Positions 13,777 to 27,100 of a stretch of 64,000 nt of DNA are shown here, one piece after another. The DNA lies in contig OX597815.1 in the NCBI GenBank assembly GCA_951406725.2, positions 57,102,001 through 57,166,000 of the forward strand, given 5' to 3'. Source of the DNA: Octopus vulgaris. Its lineage: Eukaryota. Position 1 is the first letter of the stretch, and each line of letters begins with the position of its first letter. Position numbers and translations under genes: made by a program. The notes under the pieces were generated by a model. That model was given only the letters and a program-made list of their open reading frames with translations, was not told the origin of the DNA and did not search any database.

Positions 13777-13969
13777 GACACTGTTTGCAGAAGTCATCAG
13801 AGAATTTCAGAATGATATCACTTCCATTTGGAAAGGCTTAAATCCTTTCACTCAATATACATCAATATTTATTTTTGCCATACTTACGCTCATGGCAATC
13901 TTTCTCCCTATGTTTAGACATTTGAATATTGCAGTTGATGAAAAATACTATGACATGCCCCCATTTTAG
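13777..13969 (+). CDS. Probable terminal coding exon of an unidentified host gene (C-terminal TM segment)
   Basis: Branch-like ctaat, then tattttcag acceptor at 13776; open frame TLFAEVIREFQNDITSIWKGLNPFTQYTSIFIFAILTLMAIFLPMFRHLNIAVDEKYYDMPPF*; followed by a non-repetitive AT-rich tract containing AATAAA. Confidence 0.6.
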
Positions 13970-14915
13970 TAATGTCTTGACACTATTATCTATCTTGTTG
14001 CCAAAATGTTAATAGTATAAAAAAATTTTTTGGCGAGCTCAGGGTATAGCACTATGCTGTGCGTTTTTTTTTTTTTACATTTTTTGTGTCAGCACTGAAT
14101 ATATTATATTAAAGTGATATATGAACAACTCTATTCATGATACCTTCACAACTCTTACCTTATACTTCAAAAGAATTTTATTGGATTCAAAAGTTTATTT
14201 TTAAAAAAACTTAAGGTAAAGGTAACCTTTTACTGCCTTGTTACTATTACAGTTATTTCAATAATATTAATGACATATTTCAGAAAATTATCTTAAAAAA
14301 CATATTTTTCTTTTGTTGTACAGGTAAATGAATTGTAATAATAGTTCTTAAAAATATTTAGTATTTCTTAAGTTTAGACAGTTAGTATAAATAAAAGCAT
14401 TTTCTTATGTAAAAATCATCTTTATATCAAAAGTGACTTCATACTGAGACCTCATTACAAGGTTTTTCTTAATAGTACCTAATTATAAGGGAAATATTTT
14501 TATTAAATCATAATTTAAAACACCATTCTTACTGAGAAAAACTATTGCAAAGCAATAGGGTTTTGCTATTGTTATTTTTCAACAACTTATTCTTGTTTGT
14601 CTGAATATCAATGATAAAAAGAAACTTGTGAAATAGTCAAGTAACTTCTGGTTCATTTATTTAATCTATAATAAAATTGAATTTATTCAGTGTCTAGTTT
14701 TCTTTTTTTTTATGCTAATTTTTTCTTCACTCTTGAGTGTTACTTATCATTTACCATTAAAATAACTATAGCAGTTTTTTGTTTTTTACAAGGCATAAGT
14801 AATATATGTGTTTACTGAGTGTCATTGTGTATTTATGGCCTTGGTTTGAATTTTGATAATGAGTAATTTTCTCATGAAAACTTCAGAAAATTAATTACAA
14901 AATAGGAAGATTATA

Positions 14916-16112
14916 TCAGGTCATCCAATAAGTTCTGTCCAATTTCACCTTTTTTAAAAGTGAATGAAATTTAAAAGTATTTTAGAATGTCTAATGGAAT
15001 TAAAAATTATTTTTATGCATTTGTGTACATTTAAACTAATTAAATATTATTTTACAGAATTATAGAATTAAAATTTCTTTGATTAAAACCCTTTCTAACA
15101 TGGAAGTATCCAAAGAGCATTTGAGTCACATAATGCTTTATGAATACAAAAAAGGAAACTCTACAGCCGAAGCGACTCGAAACATGCACTCAGTTTATGA
15201 GAATGCAGAAGATGGTTTGCAAAATTCAGAAGTGGAGATTTCAACCTTGGAGATGAAGATTGAACAGGATGTCCAGTTGAGTTCAATAAGCTCCTTGAGG
15301 CATTACTTGAAGAAAATCTTGCATTATCAGTTGAAGAATTGGCAATAAAGCTTAATTCAAACCATACAACTGTTCATTGTCATCTTCAACAACTTGGAAA
15401 GGTTCCTAAACTCGAATAATGGGTGCCTCATGAATTGTCCGAAAGCAACTGCAAATCTCAAGTTGACATCTGCTCTTCTCTCCATTCTTGTGAACTCATT
15501 TCACCCTTTTTGGATAGACTTGTGACTGGTGATGAAAAATGGATCTTCTATTGAAGTGTTAAACATCGTAAACAGTGGTTTGGTAAAACGGGAAAAGCTC
15601 AACCACAACCAAGAAAGGAACTTCATAGAAAAAAGGTGGTGGGATTGTTACTACCTAATGCAACAATCAATGCTCAAGTCTACTGTCAGCAATTAGAGCA
15701 TTTGAACCAAGCTTTGAAGAAAAAAAAAGACCTGCTTTAGTGAATCGAAAAAGAGTGATGTTTCATCAGGACAATGCGTGACCTCACACTGCAAAGATCA
15801 GCCTGGTTGGGAAAAAATTCCTTATCCACCTTATTCTCCTGACCTTGCTCCTTCAGACTATCATTTGTTTCGTAGTTTACAGAATCATTTGGGGGACATA
15901 ACTTTCACAAGCCAGGAGGAGGTCGAAATTGACATTTGCTTTTTAACCAAAAATAGTTTTACGTTGATAGGATTAAAAAGCTTGTAAATAGATGAAAGGA
16001 AGTTATAGATAATCAGGGAAAGTACATTGATGATTAAATTTCAATTAAGTATAACATTTGATCACTTGTTTTCTTTATTCAAAATTTGGACAGAACTTAT
16101 GAAATGACCTGA
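14916..16112 (+). mobile_element. Mariner (second family), degenerate
   Basis: TIRs tcaggtcatccaataagttctgtccaa / ttggacagaacttatgaaatgacctga with TA flanks; VPHEL, TGDEKW, HQDNA, YSPDLAPSDYHLF. Confidence 0.92.
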
Positions 16113-16289
16113 TAATTAATAAGGTGTTAATAGTTCAGGTGCCAGGTAAGTGACATTATTTTTGAAAGTTGCAAATGCTTTATGATTAAAGGGATTATGT
16201 ATAATGTATACAGAGTGGAAATTCTAGAGGTTTGACATTCTGTGGAGGAAGGCTATGTGTAGTAGGAAGTGAATGGTATAAGTTCACCA

Positions 16290-17330
16290 GCAGAGGTTAC
16301 AGTGCAAGTGGTACAAGATTAAGTAGCTCTGAGAAGCAGAGGCCACAGCAGTAGTGAGAGAAAAGGCAAAGAAAGGAGACAGCATGTCTATGATGAGACA
16401 GTATGGAATGTGTGTGGGTGTTACAATCCATGCCAATCTGGAATGTCTGTGAGTAGCAGCAGCACCATCCTAAATGTAGAAGCAGTACTCCATTATGAAT
16501 TTTGTTTGTAGTATTTAAGATATGAAGTATCTTTGTGATGTAGTCTTTGCTATGTTGAGGATCAGCATTCATTAGGAAACATACTCAGTTACTGTGAAAT
16601 CTAGTGTTTGTTGTGATCTTAACAGATCAAATTACATGCTATTCATGTTTATTGGAGATATACAATAATGTTTCCTTGGTTTGTGTAGTGTTTTTGTGAT
16701 TGAAGGAAACAAGATAGGTATGACTCTATGGGAAGATGTTTTCAAGGTTCCTATTCTGGGAGTCAGCACAAATTTGGTATGAAGTTTCTAGATTACCTGT
16801 AGCTGATACTTGGGCACAGAATGTTTAGGAGGGATGAATAGCTGTGGGTATTGTTGGAGGTGACATCTGTTAAGTTCTTGATACATAAGAGCACTAATGT
16901 GCAAGGAGCAAAAACAATTCTGGGGTACACTAGAGTTGATATTGTGATGGTGAGAGAGTTCCATCAGTTTACATTACAATCTTCAGATCTAATAAGAAGC
17001 CACTCCATAAATAGAGCCCATTGACATATTTTCTTTTTTAGTTTCTTTACTTGTTGAAGGCCTGTGCAGGTACTCTAAGATTAGTGAGATTGATGCTGTT
17101 AATGTTTCTTTAAACTGTTAGGAAATGAACTGTAAGAAGATACCATAGGGCCTGTATTTTGGAGGAGGAAAGACTGAGTAGACTCAACAAAGATGCTGAG
17201 AGGAAGACAAGTAGGTTAGGAGTACCTGAGTAGAGGAGGCACAAAGCTAGCCAGTTCTTAGAAACAGAAACCATTATAATGCCAGTTGAAGTAACAGAGA
17301 GACAAGACAATACACATGTGTACATGGGCC
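16290..17330 (-). mobile_element. Highly decayed LINE-like fragment
   Basis: Coding-like composition with only weak RT C-terminal-like words; no clean motif. Confidence 0.3.
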
Positions 17331-17795
17331 CAAGAACAGAGTGTGCTTGCACCCACTAAAATTTTTAGCAGGTGTAAAATCAAACCTTGCACCCCCAACA
17401 CACTTTGTCACGTTTAGAAAATAGTGTCTAAAAACTGATCTGTAAAAAGTTGCTTGAAGTTAGTTTTCTTCTCAAAACAAATGACAAAAATAAATAAATA
17501 AAAAGTCCAAAATGTTAACTGATGAAATTGGTCTTAAAATTTCCAAAGGAATTCTCTAGAAAGATATACTACTGAACATCATTAACATCAAAATTAAAAG
17601 TATATATAGATAGTAGCAGCAGCAACAACAACATGACCATTAGTAAGGTCACTCCTCAAAAGTAGCACAATTGATGACCTATTAAACTCCACAATGAAAA
17701 GCCCTTCACTGTCCAGCTATCCACATTCTTCATTTTCTCTGAATAGTACAACTGACCCATATCATCATCATTTCCATAATATTCTACTGCTACAA

Positions 17796-17995
17796 AGGCG
17801 GTGAGCTGGCAGAAACGTTAGCACAGTATTTCATCTGTCTTTACATTCTGAGTTCAAATTCCGCCAAAGTCAACTTTGCCTTTCATCCTTTCAGGATCAA
17901 TAAATTAAGTACCAGTTGCATACTGGAGTCGATCTAATCAACTGGCCCCTCATCCCCCAAAATTTCAGGCCTTGTACCTAGAGTAGAAAAGAATA
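17796..17995 (+). mobile_element. tRNA-derived SINE
   Basis: ggcggtgagctggcagaaacg...gagttcaaattcc (A/B-box-like); related copies at 62981-63190 and 63376-63443. Confidence 0.8.
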
Positions 17996-18344
17996 TTCTA
18001 CTACTGCAACCATAACCTCTACTATCATGCCTTTCTTTCCACCACTGTCAACTTCTATTTGAATGTATACCTTACAGCTACATGATAAATCTGCCAACCG
18101 TAAATAAAATAAAATCTATAAATGCATGATACCCCAAAATATGTCAGTTTTCTTAATGCAAGAGACTATGCATATGCAGTAACTGCAATTTCACTCATTT
18201 ACCTAGAACAAAACAAGCAATTCATACAAGCAGCACCAGCCATCACCAAAACACAAATCTTATGCCACCACCACTGTAGCCACGGCTCCCCACCACCTTG
18301 TATGTGATTTTTCAAATTGCTACCTTCTGTGCTATTTTTTAATC

Positions 18345-19326
18345 AGTTTAAGTTGGTGAATGTTGCCATAATCCTTGCTTTCCATTCATCTTTAGTGTTA
18401 TAAGTTTTGTTGGTCTCTTGCTCAACTGTGCCCCACACATAATAATCAAGGAGATTGCAGTGTGGGGAGTTAGGTGGCCAGATGCTAGGGGTGATGTGGT
18501 CACAGAAATTGTCTGACAGCCATGACTGGGTTCTCCTGCTTGTGTGACATGATGCAGAGTCCTATTGCCAGCAGACATCCTCTTGAGCCAAGGCAGCACT
18601 ACTTCCTCCAGGCACTTGATGTAGGCCTCCATGTTGAGTCTGAGGCTGTATGGGAAGATGAATGGAGGCAAAATATCGCCATCACTAGTGATCACTTGAA
18701 ATACCATGATGTTGACTGGATGTTTGATTTTTATCACTCTTGGCACATGTTTTGAGGACACAGCAAGCTAACAGTTGTTCTGTGTGTTTACCATCTGTTC
18801 CTGGCAGAAATTTTTCTCTTCTGAGGAAAACCAAAGCATGTTCAGTTGGAGGGGATGCTTTGTAGCATGGTCTTTCCTCTCATCCTTGGGATAAAAATTG
18901 GCCCTTTCTCATTTTGTATGAGGAATAAGAAACTCAGACACTTTCATGTCCCTAGCAATGGACCTGATTGGCTTGGAGGCATTGACTTGTTCTTTTCTTA
19001 TCAAAATGATCAGAGTGAGTTTTTTCCGAGCTGCTGTACCTTCATAATCACCATTAGACTCATCCAACTCTTTGCAAATCCTCTGCACTGTCCTCAGATT
19101 AATACCCAAACACTCTGAAATGTTTGTATTGGTGCTTCTGCTGTGAATGCCAAGCAGCACAGCATGTCATTTCCAAATTTCTGGCAGAGTGAATTGTGTT
19201 ATGGTGCTGTTTTTCTCACAAATGGTGACCAACTGACCCTACTATACTGTGTAGTCAACAAAATCAAAAACAATGTGCATGCGCGAAATTGAAAATATAA
19301 AATGGTGACAATTTACCCATTACACC
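18345..19326 (-). mobile_element. Tc1/mariner-superfamily transposon (maT-like), degenerate
   Basis: KHPVNIMVF...SDGDILPPFIF; terminus atggtgacaatttacccattacaccc is the reverse complement of the start of the 49278 copy. Confidence 0.8.
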
Positions 19327-19349
19327 CTTTTTATATATGTGTGCGTGTG

Positions 19350-19543
19350 TCTATCTGTCTTTGTCCCTACCCATCTCATTATCGCTTGACAACTGATGCT
19401 GGTGTGTTTATGCCTCCATAACTTAGTAGTTCAGCAAAAAAGGCTGATAGAATAAGTACTAGGCTTACAAAGAATAAATCCTGGGATTGATTTCTTCAAC
19501 TAAAGCCCTTTAAGGTGGTGCTCCACTATAGCTACAGTCAAAT
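19350..19543 (+). mobile_element. SINE 3' half carrying a CR1-type tail
   Basis: cttgacaac...aataagtact...taaggtggtgctccac matches SINE 58212-58570 and the LINE tail near 35480-35525. Confidence 0.7.
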
Positions 19544-21182
19544 GATGCTATTTTCATGGTAAAACAGCTGCAAGAGAAATACCTAGCCAAAGACAAGCCC
19601 CTATACCTGGCTTTTGTTGATATGGAGAAAGCCTTCGACAGGGTCCCCCGATCCCTCATCTGGTGGTCAATGAGGAAACTAGGGATAGATGAATGGTTAG
19701 TGAAAGCTGTACAAGCCATGTACAGAGACGCTGCTAGTAAGGTGAGGGTTGGCACCGAGTACAGTGAAGAATTCAGAGTAGAGGTTGGGGTCCACCAAGG
19801 TTCAGTCCTCAGTCCCCTCCTATTTATCATAGTCCTCCAGGCAATAACGGAGGAATTCAAGACAGGATGCCCCTGGGAGCTCCTCTATGCTGATGACCTT
19901 GCTCTAATTGCTGAGACTCTATCAGAACTAGAGGAGAAGTTTCAGGTATGGAAACAAGGTTTAGAATCGAAGGGCCTTAGAATCAACCTAGCCAAAACCA
20001 AAGTCCTAATAAGTAGGAAGGTAGACCAATCAGAAACGCCTTCAGGTAGATGGCCCTGCTCGATCTGTAGAAAAGGTGTAGGTAGAAACTCTATAAGATG
20101 CACCAAGTGTAAGCTATGGACACATAAGAGGTGCAGCAATGTCAAAGGAAGGCTAACTAGGAAGATGGTTTTTGTATGTGGCAGATGCTCAGGAACAATT
20201 AACACTGAAAATGCTCTGAGACCAACTTCCGTCACTTTCCAGGGAGAAAAGCTAGAAGTAGTTGATAGTTTCCGTTACCTAGGTGACCAAGTCAACATCA
20301 GGGCCCCCGTGCAGGTGACACGTAAAAGCACCATCCGTTCGTAGCCGTTTGCCAGCCCTGTCTGGCCCCCGTGTCGGTGGCACGTAAAAGCACCATCCGT
20401 TTGTGTTCGTTGCCAGCCTGGCCTGGCCCCCGTGCCGGTGACACGTAAAAGCACCATCCGTTTGTGGCCGTTTGCCAGCTCTGTCTGGCCCCCGTGCCGG
20501 TGACACGTAAAAGCACCATCCGTTCGTGGCCGTTTGCCAGCTCTGTCTGGCCCCCGTGCCGGTGACACGTAAAAGCACCATCCGTTCGTGGCCGTTTGCC
20601 AGCCCTGTCTGGCCCCCATGTCGGTGACACGTAAAAGCACCATCCGTTCGTGGCCGTTTGCCAGCTCTGTCTGGCCCCCATGTCGGTGACATGTAAAAGC
20701 ACCATCCGTTTGTGTCCGTTGCCAGCCTCGCCTGGCCCCCGTACCGGTGACACGTAAAAGCACCACCCGTTCGTGGCCGTTTGCCAGCCCTGTCTGGCCC
20801 CCGTGTCGGTGGCATGTAAAAGCACCATCCGTTCGTGTCCGTTGCCAGCCTCGCCTGGCCCCCGTGCCGGTGACACGTAAAAGCACCATCCGTTTCGTGG
20901 CCGTTTGCCAGCTCTGTCTGGCCCCCGTGTTGGTGGCACGTAAAAGCACCATCCGTTCGTGGCCGTTTGCCAGCTCTGTCTGGCACCTGTGCGGGTGGCA
21001 CGTAAAAAGCACCCACTACACTCACGGAGTGGTTGGCGTTAGGAAGGGCATCCAGCCGTAGAAACACTGCCAGATCTGACTGGGCCTGATGAAGCCTTCC
21101 AGCTTCACAAACCCCAGTTGAACCGTCCAACCCATGCTAGCATGGAGAACGGACGCTAAATGATGATGATGATGATGATGAT
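19543..21182 (+). mobile_element. RTE LINE fragment (RT plus PHD insert) joined to an expanded 3' array and (TGA)n tail
   Basis: ORF 19556-20344: DMEKAFD, HQGSVLSP, YADD, FRYLG; same family as 39264-42563; RT C-terminus deleted. Confidence 0.92.
20301..21010 (+). repeat. Tandem array of 12 units of about 62 bp
   Basis: Unit ggcccccgtgccggtgacacgtaaaagcaccatccgttcgtggccgtttgccagctctgtct; two interspersed sub-variants. Confidence 0.95.
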
Positions 21183-21517
21183 AGGATGAAGTCCCTTTCT
21201 CTACAGAAAAGGATTCCATCAAAAAGCATGGCAGTATATTAAAAAAACCTTTACGGTTGAAGTATAAACATCTTATAATTAAGGGCTAAAGAAGGTTACT
21301 CTAAAGCCAATACACTGATTTATCCACTTGTTACAGGAAAATTGAACTGAAAGCGGGCAACTAACCTTTAGAAAATTTAAATTTCGTTATCTCTATATTG
21401 AATCAATTTCGAAATTAATCCCTATAAAGGATACATTCTTCTTCAGTAGAGCTTACGGGGGAATATAAATAAAATACTCACATGTGATCATGGAAAAAGC
21501 AGAAGCTAAAAACACAA

Positions 21518-21897
21518 CTACATTTAAGTACATCATTTATATCTAATAATAAAAATTCCTTGGTCAGTCTCATAACAACGTGTTGACCTATCGCCGCTAC
21601 ATAAAAAATACAAGACTACATTTAAGTACATCATTTATATCTAAAAATAAAAATTCCTTGGTCAGTCTCAGAACAACGTGTTGACCTATCGCCGCTACAT
21701 AAAAAATACAAGACGAGAAATAAAAAGGGAATACAATATGGGAAATCAAACAACAAGTCTTGCTTTCCACACGCTGCCACACATCTTTCGTCTAGCCAAA
21801 AAAAGGCCTTTTTCGTCTGTTTGGTTTTTCTCATTGTCCTCTTGTTGTTTGATTTCCCGTATTGTATTCCCTTTTTATTTCTCGTCTTGTATTTTTT
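21518..21897. repeat. Tandem duplication of about 97 bp plus a 57-bp inverted repeat (Penelope pLTR-like debris)
   Basis: 21518-21615 repeated at about 21616-21713; about 21701-21757 is the reverse complement of about 21841-21897. Confidence 0.8.
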
Positions 21898-22321
21898 TGT
21901 ACATGTATTTTTATCTTGTATTTTATTGTGCAGTTTTATTGTTACATCCTGTTTGTGTTCTTACCCGTTTTACCCCGCTGCTTGGAATTTTATTTTAATT
22001 CTCTCGCAGGAAGGCCTAACTAACGAGTGTCCTGTCTTGCCTTCGAAACACGCCTGAGTTAACTAGCGACAGCTGTTGACGGTGGATTTTTCCTTGTGTA
22101 GCATGTCCTGTACTTGTAAAATTTCTGTTTTTCCCGTTTCTACGTCTTGTTGTGGCGTCCTGTACTTACGTATATTTATATATATATACATGTAGATATA
22201 GGTACGTACATATATGTTTGTATGTATGCATATATTTTTATTTATCACATTATTGTCTGACAGCACCTCGCGTCAGGTTCGTTTTGATTTGTCGGTTCGT
22301 TCCACTTCTTGTCTCCATTTA

Positions 22322-22361
<40 letters not shown>

Positions 22362-22393
22362 AAATAAACGAAAAACAGGACGCAGAGGATTTT

Positions 22394-22468
22394 GCGGTAC
22401 ATATGTTTCGGGCTTTATTGAACAACTTATTCTTAATAACAGATAGATCAAAAGCCTTCTTCAGCCGC
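22394..22468 (-). ncRNA. Minimal type-I hammerhead ribozyme motif
   Basis: GCGG CUGAAGA AGGCUUU...AAAGCCC GAAAC AUAU GUA CCGC. Confidence 0.75.
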
Positions 22469-23559
22469 GTACAATTTCTACACCAAAGACTTGTATCCCA
22501 TTATAAAAGGTTTGAGAAAAAACCGAGTTTCATTGGGAAAGTATGCTTGTAAATCTTCATAGGTGTACATGGTATTGTTAGACTCCAAAAACAAATCACC
22601 CATACCGTTTTTTCACTCGATATAGAATGAATACTGGGTAGATTACTTCATATAAGGGAAGGAATTAGATGTTGAGAGAAAGAGGAAAGGGGGGGAAGGG
22701 GATGAAACTTTAATGAAGTTGGGATCACAAAAAAGAAAATATATATAAATGTAAACATAATTATAAAGGATAATAATAAATATAAAATATAAAAAAGGTA
22801 AAGATGTAAAAAAATAAGTATATAAAGATACAAAGGACGTCACATATAGGGTCATAAATTCTAGAAATGTATTGTGAAAGTGTAAAAGGTACAAAAAGTA
22901 AAGGGTAAAAAAAATTAAATAAAATAAAATAAAAAATAAGAATAAAAAATAAATAAATAAATAAAAAGTAAAAAAATCAAAAAGTGAAAATAAAGATAAA
23001 GTGAGATAAAGATAAAGAGATACAAAAGAATATGATGGGTTAGAGTTTTGATGCTGTGGTGGGGGAGATGGGTGAGGAGCGATATAGTAGTGGGCGAATG
23101 GTCAGTTTATAGCAGTCCCAAGCTACATGCTCTAATTCCATTTTGTCTGTGTGTACGTGTGTGTCTACATACTTACCTACTCTCACATATATAAATGTGT
23201 CGAGTGCGTCTGGTGATAGTCCGGAAGTTGGCGTTATTATACAGCCCAAGTCATCCTCAATCAACATATACATATATATATATACACACACACATACATA
23301 TACATACACATACATACATGCACACACATACACATATATATATACATATACATACACACACATACACAAATCTACATATATATATAATTAAAAGGGCAGG
23401 CAACAGGTTGCTCTGCCGCATACCGAAAGAATTAGAAATGGCAGTCAGAGACTGTTTATTTCCATTTTCTACAAGTGGAGGCTCCATATACGACATAACC
23501 CTGCGATTCACATACGCAAAATCGGAGTAGCAAATAAACGAAAACAATCTCTTACCGTT

Positions 23560-23622
23560 AATGGTGAACATGTTTCTAGATCGTAGGCGAGAAATTGCCT
23601 AAAGTCTTTCGTCAGCACCATC
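23560..23622 (-). ncRNA. Minimal type-I hammerhead ribozyme motif
   Basis: GAUGGUG CUGACGA (stem II with UAGGC/GCCUA) GAAAC AU GUU CACCAUU. Confidence 0.65.
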
Positions 23623-23786
23623 TTCGTTAGATTTATCAAATGCCACCAGCCTCCACCTCTGATCAGGCGTCATCAGATAGTGGGGAGAAGTGTGCATAGG
23701 TTAAAACTAAGTAAACGACTGAGACCGTAAATTTTCCCTCCAAAATTCCGCCATGCGCACCACCGGGATAATCGTAATGGAGTAAG

Positions 23787-23839
<53 letters not shown>

Positions 23840-23912
23840 CACGCATGCACACACACATATACATATATACATATATATACACACAGAGATACACACACAT
23901 ATTATATATATC

Positions 23913-23976
<64 letters not shown>

Positions 23977-24064
23977 AGAGTAAACACATAAATGTGAAAC
24001 AAGGTGGAAAAAAGAGTACTCAAATACCAGTGTTAGAGTTTATTTAAAGCAGCAGAACATTCAA

Positions 24065-24114
24065 CAAAACCTGTTACTCTGAGTTTCCTGTTGCTGTTCT
24101 TCGGACAGTTTTTG
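24065..24114 (-). ncRNA. Hammerhead-like motif in pLTR (CCGANGA variant)
   Basis: AAAACUGU CCGAAGA ACAGCAACAG GAAACUCAGAGUA ACAGGUUUU. Confidence 0.5.
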
Positions 24115-24156
24115 CTAGAATGGAACCGATATGTCAATTCTATCCAGCTCAAAAAG

Positions 24157-24196
<40 letters not shown>

Positions 24197-27100
24197 TATA
24201 AAAATTATAAAATTCGAGGAAAAACCTTACATTGAATAAAATACATATTGACCTTAATGAAGGAAATATAATTAATACATGGAAATTGAAATTAAGTCTA
24301 TCCTAAGTCTATCTGATTCGAACTTATTAGGAAAATTAAATTCCGCAAATATAGCAACCGATTACAGAGAAATATGAAAGAAAAAATTAAGGAGATTAAC
24401 AACTCGAATAAGTTATTTGTTAATTCTGATAAGACAAGGAACTTATATGCACTTGATAAGGACGTTTATAAGCGCCTGATTTCAAATAGTGTCACAGACA
24501 CATACAAAAAAGATAACACAAATATATACAAAGAGGTGAATTTGGAAGCAAAAGGAATAGCTAACAATCTTAAGATTAGTGATAGGATTGAATATCTTTC
24601 CCCACGACCAGCTTTTATTACACTAAAAGACCGTAAAGCCAATTTTAATAGAAACCCCAAATGTAGATTGATAAATCCGGCTAAAGCTGAGATAGGCATT
24701 ATTAGCAAAAATATTTTGGACCGTATTTTAACTAAGTTAGATAGTGAAGTAGACTTGAGAACTTGGAAGAATAGTAAGTCAGTCATAGAGTGGTTTAAAG
24801 GTATTAGCTATAAGAATAATTGCAGTTTTACACAATTCAATATTATTGACTTTTACCCGTCAATATCTAGGACGTTACTCCTAAGGGCATTGGACTTCGC
24901 CAAGCAGTATGTCGGCATCGATAGCTCAGAAATTGATATTATCATGCATGCGAGGAAATCACTACTTTTTTTCGAGGATTCCATCTGGATTAAGAAGAGT
25001 GAAGATTCTCTTTTCGATGTACCGATTGGGGTATACGACGGGGCTGAGTTATGTATGCTCATAGGAGCCTTTATTCCTCATAATCTAAAAATAGAATTCC
25101 CATTTATAGATGCAGGTTTATATAGGGATGACGGCCTTATAGCCACCCATAATTTAAACGGCCATGAATCAGATAGACTTAGGAAGGACCTTATTGCTTT
25201 CTTTCAAAGGATGGGCTTACAGGTTACAATAGATACTAACCTGAAAAGTGTAGATTTTTTAGACGTAAATTTTAATGTAAGGTCGGATAGATTTAAACCT
25301 TACCGTAAGCCCAAAATGACAAGCTATCGTATATTAGCAAAGATTCGAACCATCCGCCAGTTGTCCTTAGGAACTTAGTCAGCAATGTAAGTAGAAGAAT
25401 ATCGTCAATTTCTTCGGACGAGGCAGCATTCCATAATGCTGCTCCTTATTACGATAGCGCATTAAGGAATAGTGGATTCTCTGAGAAGATCAGTACAACC
25501 AGCTTAATGCTGATAATAATGCTGTGCGAAGAACTAGGACCAGGAAAGTTTTGTGGTTCAACCCGGCTTTCAATTTGGCCGTAAAGACTAATATAGGTAA
25601 GGAATTTTTGAAATTAGTCTCTAGGCATTTTAAGCAGGACCATAAATTCTATAGGATATTTAATAGAAGAACCCTGAAGGTTAGCTATTCTTGTTGCAGA
25701 AATTTCGCCTCTTACATTAGTCAGCATAATAGGAATCTGATTGATATTAAACATGGTGCCGAGCCCATTAAGAAATGCAATTTCAAAAATGAATCCTCCT
25801 GTCCGTTGGAAGGGAAATGTCTAGTAAAAGGGGTAGTTTATAGAACCAAGGTACAAATAGAAAGCTCATCGGAATACAAGACATATACAGGGGCTTCAGA
25901 AAATTCGTTTAAAACGCGATTTTATTCTCATAAAAATTCATTTAAATACCCAGAAAATAGGAAGAGGACCAGCCTAGCAAAATATGTCTGGGAACTAAAA
26001 GAAAAGGAAACCCCACCTTTCAACGTGACATGGAGCATTCTGGACAGAGCGGCACCATACAGACATGGAGCACACAAGAATAATTTTAAATGCAATCTTT
26101 GCCTGTTAGAGAAACTTTATATTTTATTCAAAGGCAATAATTCTTTGAATCAAAGAAGTGAGCTGATGAACTTATGCAGGCACGCAACCAAATTTAAAAT
26201 GTCAAACATAAATATACCATATGGATAGAGTATATATTTTGTCTTTTTGTATTTTTGATTTTTTTTAATTTTGATTTTGATTCTTGGACTAGTATGTAAA
26301 CGCAACGATAGATTTGTTTCGCGCTATGCAGATTTCATTCCGTATAGCAAAGTCTCATGCATATATTTTATTTTGTTTATATTTCTACATATTCCTTAGG
26401 AAAAACCTTCGGCTTAGTTTATTTCACGTTATTATATTGTATAGGCTTACTTTGATTTTTAATTTATAGATGATCCGAAATAGGGTGTTATATTTTACAT
26501 GTCTTTCGTATAATTTTCATTATTACACTCACCATTTTTTTTAAAAGCAATGTTGTCAAAAATTAGAATTTTGATGTAAATATGTGTATAGCCACGAATA
26601 TGTATTTGTAAGCATACGTCTCTGTGTATGTGTAAGTGAGCGTATGTTTGTACATGAGCACACGCATACACGATTGTATGTGTATGTATACACTTGAATT
26701 TGTGTGTTTGTGTACTTGTCTCTCTATATATGTGTCAATATACGTGGTTACACAGCTTGTATACATACTTTTTCTTATTTCGTTTTCCCCCACCCCTCCT
26801 TTTTTCTTCTTTTTTTCCTACCCCCTCTTTCTTTTTTCTCTCTCTTCCTTTCTTTCGTTTTTTTTTCTCTACCTATACTATACTTGTATAGAGTCATGCA
26901 ACTTTACGTCCCCCCTCCCTTACTCATGTCTTAAACTATGCTTCGTAAATAAGAACGCTACTTCCCCATCCATGATTTTAGCTTGCGCGCGAACTAGATT
27001 GTGTATACATATGTATACATGCATTTGTGTGTATATTTTAGCTTTATATTTATACGTCTGTATATGTATGTGGTTTGCACGCATCTATCTGTGTATGTTG

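Noticed and set aside
20301-21010. CRISPR-like array, or long repetitive ORFs on the - strand (20275-21130)
   Set aside because: Units are repeated in full with no unique spacers and no cas genes; the ORFs are by-products of a stop-poor GC-rich repeat
21080-21115. CTGATGA followed by a hairpin in the RTE tail as a hammerhead
   Set aside because: No GAAA after stem II, and it is absent from the equivalent tail at 39060-39130
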